From: Candidatus Hodarchaeota archaeon
Lineage (GTDB): Archaea; Asgardarchaeota; Heimdallarchaeia; Hodarchaeales; Hodarchaeaceae
DNA: 43,872 bases
Direction of reading: 5' to 3'
NCBI GenBank assembly: GCA_016839815.1
Contig: JAEOTM010000102.1
Location: forward strand, 1-43,872
Positions 19,126 to 29,257 of this stretch are shown one piece after another (the stretch's first letter is position 1; each line of letters starts with the position of its first letter). Under the pieces are notes generated by a model. It was not told where the DNA came from, made no database searches, and was given only the letters and a program-made list of their open reading frames with translations. A program made the position numbers and the translations under genes.

Positions 19126-20577
19126 ATGCCTTTGAAAACGCCAGAAGAATACTTAGAAAGTATCAAGCGAGAAACTAACTTGTATATGTTTGGAGAAAGA
19201 ATTTCCAAGTTCTGGGACCATCCATATTATAAAATCATTGAACCTTCCATAAACACTGTAAAAAAGATTTATGAATTAGCACAACAGGATGAATTCAAAT
19301 ATCTAATGACTGCGCAGTCTCATTTAACTGGTAAAATTGTTAACCGTTTCACACATATCCATCAATCCATTGACGATTTACTATTAAAAGTTGAAATGCA
19401 ACGTTTGTTAGGGCAGAAAACCGCTTGTTGCTTTCAACGATGTGTTGGTTTTGATGCTGCTAATGCGCTTTACAGTATTACCTGGGAAATTGATAATAAG
19501 TTTAAAAGTGATTATCACAGTAGATTCAAAGATTATTGGATTGAAATTCAAGAGAATGATCTTTTTGTTGCAGGTAGTATGACTGATTCAAAAGGAGATC
19601 GAGGTAAACGACCCATTGATCAAACCGATCCTGATGCGTTTTTACATATTGTTGATGAGAATAATAAAGGGATTTTTGTATCAGGAGCTAAAGTTCATCA
19701 AACTGGATTTTTGAACTCTCATCAAGCTATCGTTATGCCTACATTAGCATTACGGAAGGGAGAAGAAGCTTACGCGGTAAGTTTTGGAATTGATACTACA
19801 GCTAAAGGTCTCACGATGGTCTATGGTAGGCAAACCTCCGATACTCGAAAACTAGAAGAAGGCATTCTTGATATTGGAAACTTTAAATATGGGGGCCAAG
19901 AAATTTTTGTCATTTTTGATAACGTTTTTGTACCAAATAAACAAATCTTCATGAAAGGAGAAACAGAGTTCACTGGAGGTCTTGTGAATCGATTCGCAGG
20001 CTATCATAGACAATCTTATGCATGTAAAACTGGTGTCGGAGATGTACTCATTGGTGCAGCAGCATTGATAGCACGATATAATGGAGTAGAGAAAGCTTCT
20101 CACATCAGGGATAAGCTTGTAGAAATGATTCATCTGAATGAAACTTTATGGAGCTGCGCAGTGGCTTGCTCCACTAAGGGTTTCAAACGTGATGCGGGTA
20201 ATTATGAGATGGATATGCTTTTAGCCAATGTAAATAAGCAAAATGTTACAAGATTTCCATACGAGATTGGGAGGTTAGCTGAAGATTTAGCAGGAGGGAT
20301 TATTTGCACATTGCCAAGTCAGCAAGATATGGAAAATCCAGACATTGGTTCTCTTATTCAAAAATATTTGTCAACCTGCGCTGATGTACCAGTAAATGAT
20401 AGGTATAAACTCCTACGGTTTATTGAGAATCTTTCCATGGGTGTAGCGTCCTTAAGTTATAAAACTGAATCTTTACATGGAGCTGGCTCTCCTCAAGCCC
20501 AACGAATCATGATTTCCAGGCAAGCAAATCTTGAAGACAAAATCAATCTGGTTAAAGAGATCTTAGATCTATCTTAG
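19126..20577 (+). CDS. abfD: 4-hydroxybutyryl-CoA dehydratase / vinylacetyl-CoA isomerase
   Basis: QKTACCFQRCVGFDA (CX3C), MTDSKGDR, YHRQSYACKTGVGD, ESLHGAGSPQAQRI; ATG at 19126 (the track starts at TTG 19111). Confidence 0.88.
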   Translation: MPLKTPEEYLESIKRETNLYMFGERISKFWDHPYYKIIEPSINTVKKIYELAQQDEFKYLMTAQSHLTGKIVNRFTHIHQSIDDLLLKVEMQRLLGQKTACCFQRCVGFDAANALYSITWEIDNKFKSDYHSRFKDYWIEIQENDLFVAGSMTDSKGDRGKRPIDQTDPDAFLHIVDENNKGIFVSGAKVHQTGFLNSHQAIVMPTLALRKGEEAYAVSFGIDTTAKGLTMVYGRQTSDTRKLEEGILDIGNFKYGGQEIFVIFDNVFVPNKQIFMKGETEFTGGLVNRFAGYHRQSYACKTGVGDVLIGAAALIARYNGVEKASHIRDKLVEMIHLNETLWSCAVACSTKGFKRDAGNYEMDMLLANVNKQNVTRFPYEIGRLAEDLAGGIICTLPSQQDMENPDIGSLIQKYLSTCADVPVNDRYKLLRFIENLSMGVASLSYKTESLHGAGSPQAQRIMISRQANLEDKINLVKEILDLS

Positions 20578-20680
20578 CTGATCGATGCAAATCTGAAGAA
20601 ATGTATTTAATAGTGAACAATTCTGACTAGCGCATTATCTAGTATAGTCTTTTTTAATTACATAAGAGGAGGTAAATGAG

Positions 20681-22387
20681 ATGAAATTTAAATATCTTAA
20701 AATAATTCTAATAATACTTTTAATTCCTGTCTCTACTGGATTATTGATGACCGTTGGTGTTAGTAAGCCAACAGACCAATCAATTACTTCTGAATTAATT
20801 TATTCAAGTTTTTTAGGTTCAAGTAATACTGATGCCTGTCATGATATAGTAATAGATAGTTATAACAATATTTACCTGTCGGGTTGTACTCATTCGAGCG
20901 ATTTTCCAACGACTTTAAATGCTTATGATGAATCGTATAACGGGGGAAGTGATGTATTCGTAAGTAAGATATCAGCAGATGGGTCAGAAATTATCTTCTC
21001 GACTTTTCTTGGGGGTAGTGGAGATGATTATGGAGATTATGATGTAAAATATACGGCAATTACACTAGATAGTGAAAACAATATCTATCTCCTTGGGACA
21101 ACAAGGTCGAGTGATTTTCCAACAACATCTAATGCTTATGATCAAGACCATAATGGTGAGCAAGATATTTTTATTGCGAAAATCTCCGCAAACGGATCGA
21201 AACTTCTATATTCGACGTATCTAGGTGGAATATCAAATGAGATGAGTCTTAAACTTGTACTGGATAATGCGAATAACGCTATAATCGCAGGACGTACAAT
21301 TTCCCCTGATTTTCCACTGGTAAATCCTTATGATTCGGCACGCTCTGGGTACGAGGGGTTTGTTGCAAAATTGTCTGCAGATGGATCAGAACTCCTGTAT
21401 TCATCCTTCATTGGTGGTGAATCCTACGACGAAGTCTGGGCACTTACAGTCGATAATGAGAACTGTATCTACATCGGTGGTACTACTGGTTCATCCGATT
21501 TTCCTATTGTGAATGCTTATGATTCAACATACGCTGGTGGTCAGGATGCTTACGTCGCAAAACTCTCTGCAAATGGATCAGAACTCCTATATTCCACATT
21601 TCTTGGTGGTTCAGGTGAAGAAAACTTAGGTGGGATTACACTAGATGGTTCAAACAATGCTTACGTTACTGGGTGGACTGGTTCGAGTAATTTTCCTGTA
21701 GTTAATGCCTATGATTCTACTTATGGTGGTGGACTTGGGGATATCTTTCTCGTGAAACTTTCTCCAGATGGTTCCGAAGCTGATTATGCCACATATTTAG
21801 GAGGCAGTGGAGACGAAATTGGGCTCAAAATTGTATTAGATGATTCGTATAATGTTTTTTTCTCAGGTACAACTTCTTCAAGTAATTTCCCTATGGTGAA
21901 TGCGTATAATGCAACATATGGTGGTGGTGAAATTCAGTATGGTAATGGTCTTGAGGTTGGCGACGGAATTATGGGAATCATGTCATCAGATGGTTCAGAA
22001 TTGTTGTATTCCACCTTCTTAGGAGGATCTGGAGTTGATGGTTGCCAATCTATCAAACTTGATGGTGATTACAACGCATACTTGGTTGGATTAACTTCCT
22101 CCTCCAACTTTCCCATCTCTTCGAATGTGTTAGATACGACATTTAATGGAGATTTTGATGCATTCATAAGTAAATTCAAAATTACAGGGATTATACCAAC
22201 TAGCACCACCACTACAACCACATCAATACCCAACACCACAACCACTCCAACGTCTACTGTGTTACAAACTACTGAGGATACAACTAGCACAACCACTACT
22301 GCTATTGGTTTTGATTTGATAACTGTTTTTGTATTTTCAGTAACCTTTGGTATTCCTGTATTATTAACTAAGAGAAAGACGCCGTGA
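20681..22387 (+). CDS. SBBP-repeat (seven-bladed beta-propeller) surface protein with Thr-rich linker and C-terminal anchor
   Basis: About 7 repeats of LxYSTFLGGSGxD...D...N.Y..G.T.SSDFP..NAYD; GAGGAGGT RBS. Confidence 0.9.
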   Translation: MKFKYLKIILIILLIPVSTGLLMTVGVSKPTDQSITSELIYSSFLGSSNTDACHDIVIDSYNNIYLSGCTHSSDFPTTLNAYDESYNGGSDVFVSKISADGSEIIFSTFLGGSGDDYGDYDVKYTAITLDSENNIYLLGTTRSSDFPTTSNAYDQDHNGEQDIFIAKISANGSKLLYSTYLGGISNEMSLKLVLDNANNAIIAGRTISPDFPLVNPYDSARSGYEGFVAKLSADGSELLYSSFIGGESYDEVWALTVDNENCIYIGGTTGSSDFPIVNAYDSTYAGGQDAYVAKLSANGSELLYSTFLGGSGEENLGGITLDGSNNAYVTGWTGSSNFPVVNAYDSTYGGGLGDIFLVKLSPDGSEADYATYLGGSGDEIGLKIVLDDSYNVFFSGTTSSSNFPMVNAYNATYGGGEIQYGNGLEVGDGIMGIMSSDGSELLYSTFLGGSGVDGCQSIKLDGDYNAYLVGLTSSSNFPISSNVLDTTFNGDFDAFISKFKITGIIPTSTTTTTTSIPNTTTTPTSTVLQTTEDTTSTTTTAIGFDLITVFVFSVTFGIPVLLTKRKTP

Positions 22388-22470
22388 TTCAATCAATGTA
22401 TGATAATAACATATCATCAAAGCTCAGAAACCAATAATCATCTATAAGAAAATAATAGGACATATCATCC

Positions 22471-22500
22471 TATGTCGTCAAAGTTGGATTTGACGTCGTA
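22471..22500. terminator. Inverted repeat between convergent genes
   Basis: TATGTCGTCAAA-gttgga-TTTGACGTCGTA (10/12 arms, 7-bp perfect core). Confidence 0.45.
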
Positions 22501-22516
22501 TTAAATAATTATGCTT

Positions 22517-25303
22517 TTATTTGATAAAGTATTTTTCTACCATCGTTTTTGTTGGTTCAAACGGTTCAGAATCACTTATCATATCGGTTTTGAGTTCTCT
22601 CTCGTGTAAAGTTTCAAATTCAGAAATGATTTTTTGCATTCGATTTCTTATCGATTTCTCCTCATTTCTAATCAAGATGGCTAAAATTATATATTCTCCT
22701 TCCTCAAGCATGATACAATAATTTTCTTGTTTTATTAGCTTTACGTGAGCTGCTTGCGTAATTTCACTCGCCATAGAGGAAATACCAACAAGAGCACCCC
22801 CTGCAAGAACAACATCGGCTTTCAATTCGTCTTTTTGCAGTGATTGAGAATATAATGGCAAGCCAGATTTGGTTAGCACTAATATATGTTCAATTTTTCC
22901 ACGCCAACTTACTGATCTTCTATATAATAATGAACTGCTTATCAATAGTGCAATAAGAATAAGGACAGATAGTATTGGAATAATATCAGATGGATTATCA
23001 CTCGTAGTAAATTTGAATGTTGATTTCGCCCAATTCCCAGCCTCATCTTGAGCATAAACCGTCAATAGATGTTCTTCATCACCAGTCACTAACAAAAGAT
23101 CATATGGTGATTCTAGAGTACTATTCTCGCCGTTATCCCAATTAAAAAATACTCTGGTAATTTCATTGTCATCTACTACAGTTAAGTTAATTGAGGTTCC
23201 TGATCGCAACTTTGCATTGTGTTCTGGATTATTTAATATAATTTCTGGGGCAGTATCGTCTGTGATAAAATAATATGATACATAAATTTCATTACCTGCT
23301 GAATCGTTTAAATACAAATTCAATTGATGAATTCCATCACCAGAAGGCAAAACTGGGGAATACGAAATACTGGAAGTCACATTTTGGGAAGTATCCCAAT
23401 GATAGATCAAATTTTCCTCGGTTCCTGAGATAAACAATTGAATAGGAGTGCCAGATTGAAAAACAGATGCGTTTAAAATATTCTGCAATTGAATATCAGG
23501 AGGAGTATCGTCGGTATAAAAAACTAGCTTGAATTTAGCTTTATTCCCAGCAGTATCATTAGCATTGACGATCAGGATATGTTTTCCTTCTGGAGAAATA
23601 AGGGGAATTTTGTAAGGAGGAGAAATTGTATTTGCAGTTTCATTATCATCCCATGTGTACCAAACATGAGAAATTCCAGCTAAATTATCAGTTATATTAA
23701 GCTCAATAAAGGACGCAGATTTTTGGAAACTATTATTGGTATAACCACTATTAAGGATGGATGGTATCACGTCATCTACATAAAAACAAAATTGTCGAGT
23801 ATGCCATCGTAAAAAGCTATCTTTGGCATAAACGGTTAACGTATGCATTCCATCCACAGGTGGTAGAGGATAAGCAATAGTATAACTTGAATTGAAACCC
23901 CATAGAATAGTAGCGTTACCGTTTCCATTCCAGTTATATTCTACTTGTTCAAGGATAATTGGAAGACTTATTTTTATACTGACAACAGCCGAAGAGTTGA
24001 GATAGTTGGAATTAAGAGGATCTATTAAATTTATATACTGGACAACAAAATATTCTACCAGTGAGAGATTATCAGTACTGTTAGCATGGCCTTCAATATT
24101 ATAAGGAGTATCTACTATTAAATTTCCATCGATATCTGGATTAGTCCAATCATCCCAGTAATTATATGCAAAAATATTATCTGAAGTATTATCATACGCT
24201 TGAACTCCAGCGCCATTATTGTTAACGAACTCATTTCTGTCTATATAATTACTACCACTTGCAGATAAGAAAAGAATACCAAAATCAACATTCTGTGTAG
24301 CAAGATTATAACTGAAAATATTATTGTTAGAATTGATTGGGAGATTAAATCCATAATAGTTCATCTTTGCTGTATTATTTGTACAGATATTCGAATCCGA
24401 TCCTGAAAGAAGAAAACCAGAATTTCCATTATTGGATGCAATATTCCTATCAAGAGTGTTTGAATTGGAAACTATCAAACAAATTCCATAAACCGAATTT
24501 ATGAAAGCTTTATTCTCCAAAAGAGAATTTGAATCAGAACCTGACAAAAAGTATCCATAACTACTATCGGTTGCTGTGTTGTTAATCAGAGTATTTGATT
24601 GAGAGTTACTTAAGTGAAAACCATAGTTGCCATTAGTAGCTGTATTATTTACCAAGGAATTAGCTTGAGAATTTCTAACATAATATCCGTTAAAATTCTG
24701 GTCAGCTATGTTATTACTAAAGGAGTTATATTGAGAATTCCATAAATAAAATCCACTGTTACTCTGTATGGCCGTATTATTAATTAATACCCCATTTGAG
24801 ACGTTTTCAAAATAAAAAGCTCCTGAACCAGGATTATCTGCACCTTCCACGAGCACATTCTCGATGATAAAAAAGGAATCAGTGTTCGATATATTTACTC
24901 CAGAGGTACCATTAGTGACAATGTGAAATCCATTAAAGCGGAATGGATTCTCAACCGTTCCTAATCCACTCCAATCACTGTTATTAACAAAATCGGAATT
25001 TCCATTGATAACAACAGGGTTATGGGAAGGTAAATTTTCTATACTAGCTGAAGCCGTATAAGATTCATTTTTTGATTCGATAAATTTAGAAAATTCTTCC
25101 TGAATCTCACCTGGGGAATCTAAGTTAACATTATTGTCAAGATTTTTAAGTGAATATAATCTTGGTTCGTCCAAAATGCTGTGCATTGGGAAAAGTGAAT
25201 ATTGGTTACTCATATTAGATTGAAAGAATAGAGAAATTAAGAGAACTAAGGTTAAGGTAGGAATATTAGAGGTTCTTGTTAGTAATCTTCTCAAATGGTT
25301 CAA
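22517..25303 (-). CDS. Single-pass membrane protein: NosD/right-handed beta-helix, Ig-like repeats, TM, cytoplasmic longin-like domain
   Basis: N-rich repeats GFxLxxSxxNxLxNNTA; repeats ending YAxDxAGN / DDTxP; TM IIPILSVLILIALLISSSLLY; tail IEHILVLTKSGLPLYS...LAGGALVGISSMASEI. Confidence 0.82.
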   Translation of the reverse strand: MNHLRRLLTRTSNIPTLTLVLLISLFFQSNMSNQYSLFPMHSILDEPRLYSLKNLDNNVNLDSPGEIQEEFSKFIESKNESYTASASIENLPSHNPVVINGNSDFVNNSDWSGLGTVENPFRFNGFHIVTNGTSGVNISNTDSFFIIENVLVEGADNPGSGAFYFENVSNGVLINNTAIQSNSGFYLWNSQYNSFSNNIADQNFNGYYVRNSQANSLVNNTATNGNYGFHLSNSQSNTLINNTATDSSYGYFLSGSDSNSLLENKAFINSVYGICLIVSNSNTLDRNIASNNGNSGFLLSGSDSNICTNNTAKMNYYGFNLPINSNNNIFSYNLATQNVDFGILFLSASGSNYIDRNEFVNNNGAGVQAYDNTSDNIFAYNYWDDWTNPDIDGNLIVDTPYNIEGHANSTDNLSLVEYFVVQYINLIDPLNSNYLNSSAVVSIKISLPIILEQVEYNWNGNGNATILWGFNSSYTIAYPLPPVDGMHTLTVYAKDSFLRWHTRQFCFYVDDVIPSILNSGYTNNSFQKSASFIELNITDNLAGISHVWYTWDDNETANTISPPYKIPLISPEGKHILIVNANDTAGNKAKFKLVFYTDDTPPDIQLQNILNASVFQSGTPIQLFISGTEENLIYHWDTSQNVTSSISYSPVLPSGDGIHQLNLYLNDSAGNEIYVSYYFITDDTAPEIILNNPEHNAKLRSGTSINLTVVDDNEITRVFFNWDNGENSTLESPYDLLLVTGDEEHLLTVYAQDEAGNWAKSTFKFTTSDNPSDIIPILSVLILIALLISSSLLYRRSVSWRGKIEHILVLTKSGLPLYSQSLQKDELKADVVLAGGALVGISSMASEITQAAHVKLIKQENYCIMLEEGEYIILAILIRNEEKSIRNRMQKIISEFETLHERELKTDMISDSEPFEPTKTMVEKYFIK

Positions 25304-26694
25304 TTGACATCCCCTTTGATTTCGATATAGGGAAGTTTCACAATGAAAGAGGATCCATACCCTACCCCTTTACTTTCAGCTCGAACTTCTCCACCTAGGT
25401 TATTTACAATCTGACGTGCAACATAAAGTCCAATACCTGTACCTGTTGAGGAATACTCGGTTTGAATCGATACAAATTGATCAAATATTATTTCCAAATT
25501 CTCAGAAGCAATCCCAGCTCCATTATCTTCAATAATAACGCGTAAAAATCCTTCTACTTTGTCCAAGATGATAGAGATATTCCTCTTTTCTCTGGGAGTG
25601 TGTTTAAGGGCATTTTCAAGAATATTAATGAACACCTGTGAAAGTCGATCTCGATCTCCAAGGATCAGGTGTTCTTTATCACTTAGTAAATTGTGAAAAT
25701 CTAGGATATTTGTTAAGCTAGATTGATAAGGCTTAAGAAAATCTTGGAAATAGTAGTTAAAATCAAATTTTTCCTTTTTGATCTGGAAAATACCTCGTTC
25801 AATTTGATCAACATCTGAAACTTCTTCAATTAACCGTTCCAGTCGACTTACATTATTACTAATATTGCCCAGAATTGAGATTTTCTGTTGATCAGTGATT
25901 CTGTCATAATTTGCGAGTAACCACTCGTTATACCCTTTGATAACAGTGCAAGGATTTCTTAATTCATGATTAGTCATAAAAACGAATCTATCACGTTGAC
26001 CTTTGAATTCATCCTTTAGTTTATCTAATTGTCCCCGATAAAGAATACCAATGCTTGTGATAAATGCGATAATTAGTAAGAAAATGATCTTTGGTGTAAT
26101 CCAACTGAGTGGATATTCAGATACGAAACCATAGAAAACAACCAATTCAACTTCACTGACCAATGTGAAAATGAGCGTTCCTTTCATTGAATAAATGATA
26201 CCTGCAAGTAAAATACCCAAGGAAAATATCATCATAGGGTTAATAATTACTAAATCAGCATTCTCATTTTCCCAATAAAGGCCTATAGCCGTCAATGGTT
26301 GGATAATCGGTACCAAAAAAATAGCTGTGAGTGCATAGTTATAATAAACTGTTCTACCTAGAAACAGAAAAGTAAGTGCAACTATAGAAAATAGGAGGGA
26401 TTGAATAAACTCCCAAGTTAGTAATGGTTCAGAAAAAAAGAGAAAAAGAAAAACCCTAAGCAAAAATAGTAAATTAGAGAATATAAAGAAAAAAAAGACT
26501 GTGGAATTAAAAAATCGAATCTTTAAACGTATTTCATCTTCTAAAATCTGAGGAGAGGGTTCAGTTATTCGAAAATAATACCGTTTTAGATCTGTAATTA
26601 GTCGATCCCAAGTCCTAAGAGATGACATCTGATGGAAAATTACGTTCCTAATATTAAAACATAAGTGAATAAGTGATAAATAATGTGTTGACAC
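25300..26694 (-). CDS. Membrane-bound sensor histidine kinase
   Basis: About 6 TM segments; H-box TNHELRNP, N-box NILENALKH, DNGAGI, F-box, GTGIGL, GSSF. Confidence 0.94.
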   Translation of the reverse strand: MSTHYLSLIHLCFNIRNVIFHQMSSLRTWDRLITDLKRYYFRITEPSPQILEDEIRLKIRFFNSTVFFFFIFSNLLFLLRVFLFLFFSEPLLTWEFIQSLLFSIVALTFLFLGRTVYYNYALTAIFLVPIIQPLTAIGLYWENENADLVIINPMMIFSLGILLAGIIYSMKGTLIFTLVSEVELVVFYGFVSEYPLSWITPKIIFLLIIAFITSIGILYRGQLDKLKDEFKGQRDRFVFMTNHELRNPCTVIKGYNEWLLANYDRITDQQKISILGNISNNVSRLERLIEEVSDVDQIERGIFQIKKEKFDFNYYFQDFLKPYQSSLTNILDFHNLLSDKEHLILGDRDRLSQVFINILENALKHTPREKRNISIILDKVEGFLRVIIEDNGAGIASENLEIIFDQFVSIQTEYSSTGTGIGLYVARQIVNNLGGEVRAESKGVGYGSSFIVKLPYIEIKGDVN

Positions 26695-26728
26695 CTCTTA
26701 TAAGCCAATTTATTCCGATAGAAATACT

Positions 26729-27822
26729 TTATGATGTTCCAGGTTCCTTAGAGATTGGTAATTTCTTTGAATATCTGAGAAACTTCATCACACTCTTTCT
26801 ATTGGATGGTTTGTACGTTTCTGAGACGTGAACTTTGTCATAAATGTCTGGGAATACTGTGTCTGCAGAATACTTTGTTCTCAGTTCTTTGTACCAGTCA
26901 TAATCATATATATTCCAAAATTCTTCTCTAGAATAATAAGCATGAGCATAGAGTATCTTTTTTCCATCTAACCGCATGGCCTCAGCCTCAAGTTCGCGAT
27001 TTACTTTTAGAAAATCAATTTCATCTGGTAAACGGCCCCAAACTCCGATATTCACTATTAACTCAGATTCTGACAGTGTTGGCGATAATTTTGTTTTTTG
27101 TTCTGGTTTTAACGGACAAATCCATAATGGATAGATATTTAGATTTGTGTCAGTCCACTGCATAAATTCCAAAACATTCTCTTTTGGAAAACTAATATCT
27201 TGGATCATAAAGTTTTGTGAAAGGTTACCTGCATGTAATGCACCATACAATCTCCTTGTTTTAAAAACGGGATTTAAAAGCGCTCTGGTTATCCGATTAA
27301 ATGGTATTCGAGCTCCTCTAAAACCGTAAAAACCAACCCAAAATCCACCTCTGTCATATCTAAAAAGGTAATCACGGATAGGCACTAATTCTTCATGTTC
27401 TTTCCTTTTTTTAGTAACTTTCTTTGCATGTAGATAAAACCATTCATCACGGGCTTTTGTGAAGGTTTGAATCGGCAATTTCTCCTTGTTTGACTGGTTA
27501 CCTACCATTATGACTCCTAGATTCTTACTAAACATAATTCCATCAATATAATCGACCTTTTCCTTTGATTTTTTCTCCACTAGTGCAATTGCTTCTTCAA
27601 AACTAGTCACTCGATAATATTTCAGACGAATGAATTCCTTGGCTGGAATTAAAGGTAACTTCCCAAGAGTCATTATTCCTAAACTTCCATAAGAACAAGC
27701 AGATCCATGGAATTAGTAGTTGAATGATAAATACGAACTTTCTTTTGTTGTTTAAAGTTCTCTTTCATTTGAGTCGCTATTTCTTTCACATAGGAATCGT
27801 GCTGATTCATTATCATAGTCAT
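26729..27822 (-). pseudogene. Delta24-sterol-reductase(DHCR24)-like FAD oxidoreductase with internal deletion
   Basis: Short ORF 27679..27822 reads M(TMIM)NQHDSYVKEIA...VRIYHSTTNS, the family N-terminus. It is joined out of frame to *FHGSACSYGSLGIMTL...DYLFRYDRGGFW...QDI...YPLWICP...NRELE...KILYA. Confidence 0.8.
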
Positions 27823-28061
27823 TTGCTCCAAGAATAAGGAGTATAATGACACTTTCAGAAATTTACCCTTCTTAATTCGAGTAAGAAAATCGGAAGGTTA
27901 GATCAAAACTGAAATTTGTAATGAAACCTGAAAACTATGATTTTTGTGGTGTTTACTTACGAGATTGGAATTTATTTTCTAAATGTTAATAAGCTAGAAC
28001 TAGGATAAAATTACTGTAATTTTTGATATCTATTAAAATTTTATTGGAGAAGGCTGAATTT

Positions 28062-29102
28062 ATGGGATTTTTTAACAGAATATACACTAATCGGGGAATC
28101 AGATCAAAATTATTAATTGGAATGTTAATTGTGGGATTAGGACCCTCTAGTTTAGTAATGATTATTACAACAACGGGCACAGCCGATTTATTCCGCTATA
28201 CACAACCATTAGTATCATCAGAAGAAGGAGATAAAATTTACGCTCGTTACCAAGGAATTATGTTCAGAAGTGGAATAACGATTACAGCTTCTATTGTAGT
28301 GTCAATCATTATCGCGTTGCTACTCAGTCGTCTGCTTATAAGGCCGATTAAAGAATTAGGGAGAGTAGCTGATAGAATCTCAAGTAATGATCTAACAGAG
28401 TTACCAGATAATCCAAGTTCTGCAAGTAATGATGAAATCGATAATTTATATACCTCCTACTCCACTGCAATAGTAAGTCTCCGCGAAATAATTGCTACCG
28501 TTAAAAAATCATCATTCCAAGTCGATGAGTCTTCAACTGAGCTTTTAACATTGAGTAATGAACTCAATTCCCTCAGTACAGAAATTTCCCTTTCTATCAC
28601 TCAAATCTCTCAAGGTGCAGCTCACATCTCCGAGGTAGCCAATCAGGGATTTAAGGATGTCGTTCACATGTCGAAATCGGTGGATGAGGCTTTTGTGGCT
28701 ATAGAAAATACTTTAGGTACAATAAACGACATCGCATCCCAAACTAACATTCTTGCCTTAAATGCAGCCATAGAAGCTGCAAGAGCAGGTGAATTCGGAC
28801 GAGGATTCGCAGTCGTAGCTGATAATGTTCGTAGACTAGCAGAGGAAACCCAATCTCATAGTAAGGATATTGGGGAGATTACTAACTCTTTTACACAAAA
28901 TATTAGTGGGTCTGCTACAAAAATCCAGGAAGCTTTTCAGAATTTTTCTACTCAAGCTGAAGAATTCTCTGCAAGTAGTGAGGAAGTTGCTGCCGCCAGT
29001 GAGGAGCAAATTGCCTCAATGAATCAATTTATTTTAGCTGCTCAGAATTTACAAAGTATGAGTAACATCTTGGTGAAAGATGTAAAGAAATTTAAGACCT
29101 AA
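28062..29102 (+). CDS. Methyl-accepting chemotaxis protein (2 TM, HAMP, short signalling domain)
   Basis: [38 protein letters not shown]; HAMP RPIKEL...DEI; ATG at 28062 (the track starts at 28023). Confidence 0.94.
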   Translation: MGFFNRIYTNRGIRSKLLIGMLIVGLGPSSLVMIITTTGTADLFRYTQPLVSSEEGDKIYARYQGIMFRSGITITASIVVSIIIALLLSRLLIRPIKELGRVADRISSNDLTELPDNPSSASNDEIDNLYTSYSTAIVSLREIIATVKKSSFQVDESSTELLTLSNELNSLSTEISLSITQISQGAAHISEVANQGFKDVVHMSKSVDEAFVAIENTLGTINDIASQTNILALNAAIEAARAGEFGRGFAVVADNVRRLAEETQSHSKDIGEITNSFTQNISGSATKIQEAFQNFSTQAEEFSASSEEVAAASEEQIASMNQFILAAQNLQSMSNILVKDVKKFKT

Positions 29103-29217
29103 GAGTAGATAAAATCGAAAAATCCTAGGGAAATAAGAATAGATACGTTACTAATGTTATGGTTGTAAAGGATAGATCCACCATATTATTTTTGTATAAA
29201 AAAGATATGTAAAATTG

Positions 29218-29257
29218 AAAAAAAAAGAAAGGAGAGCTAAAAAGCTATCTCCTTTTT
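29218..29257 (-). terminator. Hairpin plus U-tract terminator overlapping the stop of 29245..30342
   Basis: AAAGGAGA...TCTCCTTT arms, followed on the minus strand by T9. Confidence 0.55.

Noticed and set aside
20790-22180. Periodic DNA repeats (e.g. gatggatcagaactcct, aatgcttatgat) resembling an array
   Set aside because: They are the coding repeats of the SBBP propeller; there is no CRISPR repeat-spacer structure
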